Of a stretch of 64,000 bases of DNA, positions 53,701 to 64,000 are shown piece after piece. The position numbers were made by a program, and so were the translations under genes. Source of the stretch: Eimeria praecox (taxonomy: Eukaryota). Under the pieces are notes generated by a model. The model saw only the letters and a list, made by a program, of their open reading frames with translations. It was not told the DNA's origin and did not search any database. Each line of letters starts with the position of its first letter. Position 1 is the first letter of the stretch. The stretch spans positions 3,906,001 to 3,970,000 of the forward strand of contig OY986948.1 of assembly GCA_963920595.1 (NCBI GenBank), written 5' to 3'.

Positions 53701-56700
53701 GGCTCCCTGTTGCGAGCTGCGGAAAGGGGAGAGCCTGTGAGCCGAGGAGAGCTCCACGGGATTTTCAGTAGGACAGCAACTCTCTTCATCGGAGGCATAT
53801 TGTATTATTTCGTGTGGACTGCTGGATGCCATGTAGGATGCTGCTTGGATATGCTTAGTGTGCAGACGCTCACCTTGCTTTTCCCTTGTTGCTGTTGCAA
53901 GTGCATCTGAGGCGTCCCCTTCTCTTCAGTTATGGCTTACCTGTTTTTTTTCGTTGCACCGTTTGCCAGTGCGGCAGCGACCCCCACATGGCTTGATTCC
54001 CTGGTCTAACAATTTCTCCGGACGCCAAGAATTAGTCATGTGGCCTCTTAACTGCACAGAGAGGTAGACTTTACCCCAAGGCAAGCGCACACGGACTACC
54101 GACGTTAAGCGCCTTGACCAGCCGGCTTAGTGGAACACTTGAAAGATGAAGCATCAGCTGTAGCAACTATTTTAAAGCCACGTCTGACAGCTTGCGGGAT
54201 GAATGATTATCCAGTTCACAAGGTTCCAGGAACAAGCAGGAGCACATCGGCGCAGGATTGATGCTCTACTGCTGATGAAACGTTGAATGCGAAGCCTCTT
54301 AATGGCTTATAGACAAAATTTTGACAATTTAGTGCAAACATTTGCTCGTCAAATCTACCGTTCAGACTAGGGAGCGAGAGTGAAGAAGATGGCCTTGTCT
54401 TGCCTGCTGCAAGACCGTATGAGCCAGTAGCATAGGCGGTGCTGAGGGGACCCCCCAGTCGGCTCAACATGGTAGCTAATTCACCTGTGTTTGTCAGTTA
54501 AAGTATAGTATTATGTAGTATTTTGTACAAGAACGGCTCGTCGTGCTTTGTTTTCTCTAGCTGGACCTACTGCAGCATTCATCCGTTTGATCCGTTGACA
54601 ATATATGTCCCAGGTTCGGACTGGTATTACTTTTCAACCAGAGTCAATTCTTGGTCGTTATAATATTTGCCTTTGTTATTCGAAGCCTCTGTTGACTCTC
54701 CCACAACTAAACGAGCTCAGAGCTGCTCGACTATAGCTCTCTGGACTCCATTTGTACAAAGAAGCAAAAACAATTATAAATAGGCAAAAAGCACGCCGAA
54801 GGAAGGCCGCAGCACAAGCCCAATGACTCGACGTCAGCAGAGTTTTGGGGCTGCCCAGTCCTGCAAGACCACACAGGGTACTGCATGGTCTGGGAAGCAG
54901 CCAGGCTTCCCGCGAGTAGTTAGAAGGACCCAGAAATAAAGGGGAGTTTTTGGCTCTTCGGTACGGAACTCTCAGCGTATTTGGTGGTATGAGAGGTTTA
55001 GCTCCTCTTCAGGCCCCTTATTCGGAACGTCCAGGCCCCTTAGTCGGAACGTTCGTTACACTTCACGCTATCTGGCCCGGGAGATACATGTAGATGCATA
55101 GCTGAGCTAAGAGTACTGCACAGATTGTCGACGCACTGGCAGCGGAAAGACGCGGGTACTGCCACCGTAAAAGGAGGAACTTCGTGTGAGTTGGCAACAG
55201 CAGTACAGCAGGTTGAGCACACCATTCACCCGAGGGGAGGGAATGAGAGCTTCGAGGAGGGACCTGTATGTAATGAAGAATAATTCAATGATGCACCTCA
55301 AGTTACGGCTTTCAGAATATGGTGGGGAAGGCTACAAGGTCCATGCAGCTGCAGTCCAGCGTTGTTTTCTTTCGAAACTGCCAGCCCAATTCTTCATGAA
55401 ACACCCTAAGGTCAGGAAGGAGTAGAGTGATACGCTGAAGCGGATAAGAATGAAGCTACTACTCTATTGACATGCTAGTACCCGTGACTGACTTGTCGTT
55501 GTCAGCAGTTCGACAATCTAGCCTTGAATTCTACCTTTTTACTTGAACCAAAATGATTCTGATTAAACAACTGATGGTCTTGTACCAAGTGGTGTTCGCT
55601 GTTTTTTAAGGAGCTGCGCTATCGGGGCCGATGTGATTGTGCGGTGCTGCAGGCAGTGAGTAACGCTCTACGCCGCCACTACAAGTCGGTCCTGCACTTC
55701 TTACGAGCATTCATACGATAAATACGCCACGCTCAATACCCTTAAAACAATTTTAAAGTACCAAAGAAATGCCTCCTATTTATATCGGGGTTTCCATTCC
55801 CCTACAAGAAAAAGTGTCGTCATCCCCACAGTGAGCCCATGCAGGCCAGCGCCCCGGCAACAGCGCGATTCTCATAACCACCCCCACCGGCAGAACAGTC
55901 TTACCCTGATAGTCTTATTTCCCCTCTAATGGGGCTAGAGTATTTCTGATGGCATATTACTTGTGCTTTCCCTGCCGAATAGACCTTTTTAGGCCCAATC
56001 TGAGCACTACTGCGGTGCGTGCACTGTAGTGCACGGGCACTATGGTGGGCTCTCCGCTGAGTCTCCGGCGAGTGTATTCGTCATAAGGCACATTATAGAG
56101 AATATTTAATATTTAATATAGATCGTTAGACCTACTGGGAAACCTGTGCTTATAGCCCTTGGGATTTGAGGCTGACGGTCCCACGACGCTTGCCTGCTAC
56201 CGGGTGAGGCGCGCGGACCTCTCTTTGAGGACAGGGCAGAGTGAAGGGACTTTTTAGAGACCGATTTTTCGGACTTTTAATAATCGGGGTTAGGCGTTTA
56301 ATGACTTATAGTGAGGTATTCGCAGAGATAGGAGTTAAATAAGATGTGTGCACCTCAGTTCCACAGGCTAGAGTTTCACGTGGTGTCAGCTGACTGACTA
56401 GGCTGTTCACTACTGGCACACTACACTCGCGGTGCACGCTGATGCAGGCAAATAACCGATGTATACGGCTATGTCACTCTATAGCGGCTAGTAGTGGGTT
56501 GTTTCTTGCTTCATATCTTCGATTGCTTCTTGGAGTCCAAGTGTTATGTCCTGCAAGGCTTGCGCTCCTAGAAGGCACGAGTCCGGCGAGCACCCGATGG
56601 AAAGCATGCCACGATATCTACACTAGGTTCCGTGGGTTTTCCGTATGAAGGGAGTTTGAATGTGTTTTTAGATACCCTTTGGTTGCTTCCTTCGCTGCCG

Positions 56701-59700
56701 TGATCGCTATTGCAGCTGTGCGGTCGGTGTGTGTGGTCGCGGTTTTGTTCGGGCACCAACCGGCTCCCCAAAACAGCTACAGTAGCAGTTTCTATGAAAG
56801 GCATCCCGCTGTGCCTCATTATTAAATTGAAATTTCCTTTGAAGTGTCCTTAAAAGCTGTCAAGATGTTCGGCGGGAGTCGGCGTCGCTATTCGTTGATG
56901 TGCCTCTCAAGCGTACTTAACATTTGAACAATATTGTCATTTCTTCGAACCCGCATACGTGAATGAAAAGCACCTGCATCTTCATCACTAGTGCTCAAGA
57001 TCACGACCCCATCTTAATTTGAAGCTGTGAAGAGTCGAACAGTTTTCTTCAGAGACAGCAAATGAGATTCCACACCGCTTCACCCATCAACTAACATGTT
57101 TTCACCAGCAGATGCAAAAAAAAGGTTTTCCCAACTAGCGAAGCCGTTCTTCGATACTTGGGGTGCTGGTTGTTATACGAGAAAGGCAGCAGGAGTCGGG
57201 CAGCAGGAACAGCGGGATCATGCCTTTTCTGAGGCAGAAAAATGTTACTCCGTTCGGTTTCAGCACTCACGCAGCACTCACAAATCAAACCATTATGTCG
57301 GTGCCCTTTCTCTCCCCATATGCCGTCCTCTGTGCACCGCAGCAGCGACTGCAGCAACAGTGGCATCAGCAGCCGCAGAATGTGTGTGGTGAGAGCTTGC
57401 TTCAAGTTTTCAGCAGCATAGACGCTCCGCTTTGTCTGATCGAAGCGTCTGCCCCACAGCAAGGAAGTTGCTGAGTTAGGGTTCTTTGGGAGGATCGGCT
57501 GCTAAGATGCTGTTGTGCCTGACCGACCCAAGAGGGCATCCATAGTGCTACTGCCTGGCATTTTCAGTATTTTCGTTGCACAACGCTCCAGAATCTATCT
57601 GGAGCGTCTGCATCTGCCACCTTACGAGGCACCGGCCCCTAAAGGCGAAGGGTTGACTCATTCGCTAATTCGTGCAGCTAGCACACTGCAGCACTATTCA
57701 CGTTGGAGGTTTTGTGGCTATTCACCTTCAGCGCAGGTCTCAGACGTACAGAAGACCTTGAGAAAAGAAGTCAGATATCCCTGGCTGAGACTAGGCAGAT
57801 ACCTAAGCCATGAACAAGGCGTCGGCCTCACTCGGGGGCAGGCTCAAAAACGCCTTTCCCAAAGAGTAGCTAAGGGTTCCTCAGCAATATGGTGCCGCCA
57901 GGAGAGGAAATCCTAAAGCAGCTGCAGGCGCTCGTGACTTTGCATCGCAGCAGGGGAGCACGTGACCCTGCTTGTGCTGTTAGCTGCTTCTTTTACTCCC
58001 CTCGCGGCCCTGCCGCTGTGGCTTTTGCATTGAGACAATGCCTCGCTGTGACGCTCTACTTTGGCGTATGCCTGCCGAATATGCACAGGCTGAGTGAATT
58101 TTTGAAATATCGACGCCCCCGTACGAAGGCTGCACACCCAAACGCTTGCATGCAACCGCCAGCTGAGGGAAAGGGAAACTACAGCATGATCGATTTTGTA
58201 CGGACGAATCCGTGATCATGAATGCGAGGCAAAAACATCACCTGTGTGTGGTCAGGGGCACTCTTGATCGGGACACATAGATGCGCGGGAGAATGCATGC
58301 TTTGCCCGACCGTCGCCTACTGCAGCACAGAAAGAATCGCCGGCACGGCGGGCGGACGCCTTGAGAAGAGGCTTCGCCGCTACTCATAGGAGTCTTGCGC
58401 TTCTCCTTGTTATCTGTGGGCTTTCTCGTACGCTGAGGGGAGATGAAATGCGATTTTTGTTTCCTTTTCAGTTGTTGCTGTGTCCCTCGGAGGCTCCAGC
58501 CAGAACCGTTGCATGCCCGGTGGTTTCTGCCAGATACAACCCTGCAGGTTCATTGCAAAACCATGTTTTTGCCTCGCATTCATGGTCACGAAGTCGCAGA
58601 GCATGCATAAGTAAAGGCTTCTTATTGGCTGGCCCAAATGACCTGTCTTCGCTCGCTGCACTACCTTCCTCGGCTTGAACTCACCTGGCCCCAGAGGCGC
58701 TGCCACACCGCAGCGTAACCGTCAACCTATTCTGCAGCAGCACTCTCCAAGACAGGAAAGAAGGGCATTAGCACGCTGCTTGTTCAAGATCACCCAGAGC
58801 TTCAGTTGTAGCACAGGTAGCAATTTTCTGCCTTCTTCTGAGACTGGTGAGAATTTCGCTTCCTTTGAATGCGCATCCCCCTTGCCTTCGTTTTCACAAC
58901 CGTGAAGTGGCAGGCGTTAAGCCGACTGCCTCCGTCAGATAAACTCTTGAGGGGAATAAACGGCTATGGTGAGGGCATAAGGTTGGCTTCTCTGTGTTTA
59001 TGGGAAATTCTATTCATAATATTGCTGCGGAAGTTGTTGGTGCTGGCTGGTGGCGTCGCTGCAACATAGAGCGTGCCACGACGCTGTGGCGACGACATTG
59101 GGACAGCGCCATTGCTCGACACTTGGTAATGCCGTTCTCATACCGCATATCCACAGTTTTGACCTGAGTCGGTGTTCTTGCTGTTAAAATCATGTAAGCA
59201 GAAGCAGCTGACATGGTTTGCAGCTACTCGTTTTATTTCGACCGCTAGAGGGTGTCAAGGCAATATATTTTCATGGGGTTGATTGATTTCCTGGGACTGT
59301 ACTCTGCTTTGTAATATATTAAAGCCAATCGCATACCTATTAGCATGTTTACTACAAGGTTACAGTTTAAAAGGTCCTGCGTACTACATTATGAATTATC
59401 ATGTATAGCCCCTGTATTTGTAACACTAGGTACCTTTTACTTGGACTTAGACAGATCTAACTATTACGAGCAGCAAGCCCTCCTCCAGTTTACTTCATTT
59501 GCAGCGGCTGCTTACAATTCCAGCGGCTTGCCCCTTTGGTTCAAGTCAGGATGTCTGCGGTAATACTCCGTCAGATTTGACAAGTGGCACTTCTTCACCC
59601 AAGCCTAGTCCTCGTATACACCTTCTTCTGTCCGTCCATCCATTTTCTCTGGTGATTTGTGTAACAGGTCTTCACGGCAATTCTGCAACTCCTCACCGCA

Positions 59701-61104
59701 GTACGCCTACTTCTGCAGGGCAAAAGAACATAGGAGGGTTCGTTGCTTTTTTCAGCCCCAATGTATAGAGAGGAGCACTTTTGCTTTCAATTGCGATGTA
59801 TGGAGTGAGCTTCAACTCAATTCTGTCATCCGCACGTCATTATACGCTTGTAATGCCTCACTTGAGATCAAATACACCTCTTGGATAGAATTAGGGAAGA
59901 CTAAAGAATGAAGTAAAGCATTCGTGGAAGCCTAATGATGCATTATACACAACCTTTGTGAGGTAGTTAAGCCGAAAAAATGCCTGCAGCATCTACCACT
60001 GCGGCCTGATCGCATTGGAACGGTGCGTATTGTGATACAGTGCTGCTCTTTCACGAAAACGCAGGCATTTGCCTCTTGGTGGTGCCATTTCTGATGGGTC
60101 ATGCAAGGAAAGGATGCCTTTCTGCATGTAAGAAACTTTCACGACGGTGATGCATTTCCAAAAACCCTTTAAGCCACTGGACTCGCCTCAGGGAGCTTGA
60201 GACAGCGGAAGAGAGGAATCGGCACGAAACACTGTTGGCCCCGGTGAGCTAAGCTGGGCTACGCAAGGCGTTTCCATTCTTGTCTGCTAGAAGCGCAGTG
60301 CAGATTAATTGGTAGTCTCGCTCAGCCAGCAAAACAGGAAGTCCCTAGAGAAACTCATTTCCATGGCAAGCCAGCCCAGAAATCTCCACTCAGTACGTAT
60401 CAATAAGGATTTACTGAATAGCCAGCTTGGCTTGGGTGCATAGAAGAAGGACTGTCGAACGGTTAATTTCCAAACTAAACTGGCCCACGCACTAACATGG
60501 ACCGGTATTGATGGGTTGTGCACAAAGTATCTTTGAAGCCCTCCTTATGCATGTTTGAAAGCCTTCTAAGCTGGTAAGACTATTTATTGAAATCATCGTG
60601 CCTTGGGTTTGCATGTGACGGCTTGAAATGGACGGCATGAAGCGAAGTCATAGCATGAGCGTCATTTTAGTGTATCAATGCGGTCACTTATGCTCAGTTG
60701 GACGCCTTTTCAGCTAGTAAAAATATCAAAAGCTTTGTGAGTTCGATTTCTGGACAACAGCCTCAACTGTCCCATGTGCTGCCTGCCCGAACCCCAGAAA
60801 ACGGAGCCATGGCATGAGCAGCAGGCAGACTTTGCGGCGTGCTGGAGCCAAACACAATTCAGAAATGCTCACCGTATTGCTGATTTTACAAATTAAACGG
60901 AAAAATCTTGAACTAGCATCAGCCACATCTACCGGTGCAACCGCCCGATAAGCTAGCTGACTGCGGTCCACTGCACTACGCGGCTGACCACTTGTAGGAC
61001 CGCTAGTCGATGCAGTTGCCAGCCAGCGCAGTGACACTTTTGAGGTGTTTATATTAACACTTGTTGATATTTTGGTCTGCATGTGCTTGCCCTAGCAATT
61101 CATA

Positions 61105-62306
61105 ATGGCTCCTCTTGGTTTGATCTCAGTCGCTGGTCTGTCCCTGCTTCTGGGGCAGGCAGCAGGTGACCCAGTAGCAAGTAAGTGACCTGCCTTGCTG
61201 CTGAGTTTGCAACCCTCAGGTGCCTTGCCAGTCGAGTTTCGCCGGTTTGGTGGGGCCTCCTCTGTATAAAGGGATTTCATTCCAGAGACTAACCAAACTA
61301 AACTGGTGGTTCTCTTGTGCTGCGTTTGATGCCTGCGAAGCTTCCCTGCAGTGCCTAACACAACTCAACGAATCTAGGGCTGCCGCCGGTCTGCCGAACT
61401 TCACAGAGAATGCAGCCTTGCTGCCTCTTTCCCAGTCACCGAAGGTTGGAGGCCCTGAAGAGTCGCAAACAGATTTTTGGTCGAAAGTTTGCGCCAAGAT
61501 CACTGGGGTAGGATTTGTTGCCTCAAGCGGGTAGCATCCATATTAGGCTGCTCAAGCAGAGGACTGCCCACACACACACACTCTGCACATTATTGTCTCC
61601 TCAGTACAGTGCATGCTGTTCCCATATTGGCTCCATTACACTGTTCAGACTGGTGATGCCAAGGATGCCGACCCTACTGTTCCAAAGGGCACCTACGCGT
61701 ACTTCCCAACATCCGAAAGCGCAGGCAACTGTGCCGCTGCAGTGGAATTTTGGAAGGAAGGTTTCAGCCTCTTTGACAGTCAACTGCCGGAGAAGTACAG
61801 CGCATCCAGCCCCGGCGTCTACGGTAATGCAAAGGCAGTTTCTTTCGTTGCCCTTTTCAATCCCAAGCCCAACCCAACAATTAGTTGCGCTTTTGTGAAG
61901 TGTCCAACAACAACAACAACTACTACTACTACAACTACAAAACAACCTGAAGTGGCCAAGCCCGGTGTTGGAGGGAGACGGCTCGCGTCTGAAGGCGATA
62001 CTACCACTGTCAACGCCGTCGTCTGCCTTACCAACCCAGATGCACTGGTAGACGAAGAAGCTCCATTCAGGTGGGCGGCCAGCCAGATTGTGCACGGCAG
62101 CCACGCAGAACCGTATCCCGCCCAGCCTATCAAGCAGAAACTTCTCTCCACGTTTGCTCTTGTATATTTGCGTTCAACTGCTGCGTTTCAGTCAGAGCGT
62201 ATGGGATAAGATTGCGGCGGCAGTATCGAATGGTGTTTCACCAGCCGGGCCTACTAGCTTGGTGGCACTTGCCGCAGTGGCTTTATCTGCCTCCGTTCTC
62301 CTTTAA
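61105..62306 (+). CDS. Eimeria-type GPI-anchored surface antigen (SAG/TA4 family)
   Basis: Signal MAPLGLISVAGLSLLLGQAAG. Motifs CLTQLNESRAAAGLPNF, GTYAYF...CAAAVEFWKEGF, VSFVALFNP, AVVCLTNP, PFSQSVWDKI. C-terminal hydrophobic GPI signal. Multiple introns. Confidence 0.92.
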
Positions 62307-64000
62307 ACCATGGCACCTTCAAAAATTGTGTCAGGTGGTTAAGAGCTGCATCAAGAGCATCAAAAGGTGCACCTTCAGCTTCTCGAGCGTTGACGGCGTT
62401 ATCCCTCACCCGTTCGTTTTGTGAACGGTGGAAATGGATGTCTCACTGAAGGAATTGCGTTTGAACCTCCTTAACAGGAGAGGCGAACATTTACGAACGA
62501 GATGAAGGACCCTGAGGATCCTCATTTCGGCATATTCCTTAAGGTGCTGATGCTGACTTGCGCTGCTTCATCGTGTATGTTCTCTCACAATTGAAGCTTC
62601 CAAGCAGCGACGCCCTTTTTAGCAAAATACTTTTCTCCTCAGCCAGTCATGGTCATTGGCTGAGAAAGAGCATGATTGTGAACAATTTGAACATGAGCTA
62701 TGCGTTGTTCCAAGCTCACTAGTGTGAACGGGGCTCTGGCCTAGATTCACTAGTAATAAGCTTTTTATCTTGCTTTGCTAATATGCAGAAATGCATAGCT
62801 CCGCTGCCCGCATGCACCACGCTTCCCAGGGGTGCTTCCGGGTATGCTTCCACAACACCACAGCTACTGGCCAGGCCTAGCTGAGGCCTAACTTTCTGCA
62901 ACCGGCTTGAACCAAACGTTTCCACTGTTCCGCTGTTCGGGGCTAGAAAGGAAGGGCGCATACCACCATTCTAGAAAAAGCATACGTAGAATCCTGCTTA
63001 AAATTACGTTACGATTACATTACGTACGCTTTCAAAAAGGCATGGAGCTTTTAGTTTGAGACTGGTGATTACTAAGGAAGTGCAAATGGGAGAACGATGC
63101 TTGCTAAAACTGCCTGGAAAAACCTTGTTTGGGCAAAAACTTCCATGAGCAGCCTCAACAGAAGCCGTTGAAGGCCAGCATTCGGTATTTGTTTTGTTAA
63201 ATATTGGTGGAATTTCAAAAGTGGAATCTGGCTATCCTCGAAGGGCTCAGGAGGGAGGGCAGGTTTAGCACGTTAAATAGAGGTTCCTGTACTATCGGTT
63301 CATGAAGTTTGCGAGGCTACCCTTCGGGCAGCCTCGCAAACTTCCCCTGAATGTGTACTTGTTACTATGCCATTGTTGAGTCGGGATTGCCCCTACCAGT
63401 TATGCTCAGCAGCTCGTTGATGCCCCCGGGGATCACTCACGCGTGCAACAACGCGCAGAGGTGGTACCGAGCGATATTGTGGCGTTTAATACACACAGAA
63501 AACTCTAATGGGTTACTGAGGATCTTCTGTGCCAATCAGTTACTCTAGAGCATCATCTACGCTCCCACCTCGGTTTACGGTTTACGACTGAGAGTGCATA
63601 AAGTCCCCAGCTTAGATTTGTAGAGCAGATGGTCCTTTGTCTACAGTTTGCAGTGTACCTAACCCTGCCAGGTAAATATGACGTTATGCTGCCCACAGGA
63701 CTCTATGCGTAATACTGCTATTCGTATCGCTACATGCTCGCAGGCTGGAAATTGAGGTCGAGGAAGTGTAACAACTGACAGTAGTTTAAACTGCAGTCTG
63801 TAGGCGTTGCACAAGCAGGAAACCGGCATTGGTTGTGAGTGGAGTGTTGGGTTGCCTTCCAACACTAGTTGCAGCAAGGGGCGGTGCAGGCGACGATAGA
63901 TCTGACCGTGCTCCTCCCAGGCCCCTAGCCGAGGCCTCGACGTATCTCTATAGCCAGAGCAGATCATGGTCAATCTTCATTATGCAAAGGGGAAGGCTAG

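Noticed and set aside
55013..55053. Two-unit tandem repeat GGCCCCTTA(T/G)TCGGAACGT
   Set aside because: Only two copies with no spacers. A local duplication, not CRISPR-like.
56002..56052. Imperfect hairpin centred on CGTGCACT-GT-AGTGCACG
   Set aside because: Short enough to arise by chance, and no ncRNA family features.
57090..60200. Possible decayed gene or SAG pseudogene upstream of the SAG
   Set aside because: Some exon-like ORFs, but no SAG or other motif recognisable and no coherent frame.

Overview
Eukaryotic, intron-rich DNA from an eimeriid coccidian (Eimeria- or Cyclospora-like). This rests on CAG-triplet homopolymer coding, TGCATGCA octamers, degenerate TTTAGGG repeats, an Eimeria-type SAG gene and decayed Ty3/gypsy retroelements. 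From left to right: (1) the 3' part of a giant CAG-rich ApiAP2 gene that, when spliced by hand, also carries a catalytically degenerate SET-like domain; (2) two inverted paralogous 3xEGF membrane-protein genes flanking a 3xCCCH zinc-finger gene and an unidentified multi-exon gene; (3) CHIP/STUB1 (with two likely GC-AG introns), tail-to-tail with UBA52; (4) a nest of dead LTR retrotransposon fragments at 31.4-39.9 kb; (5) TVP38/TMEM64, a signal-peptide-bearing PARG with altered catalytic loops, and alkyl-DHAP synthase; (6) an inverted retroelement copy at 50.4-53.7 kb; (7) a GPI-anchored SAG. The most notable items are the secreted-type PARG, the pseudo-SET/AP2 fusion, and a near-identical inverted ~840 bp tract sharing inactivating mutations that brackets the TVP38-PARG-AGPS block. 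Exon boundaries and alignments were made by eye; no searches were run.
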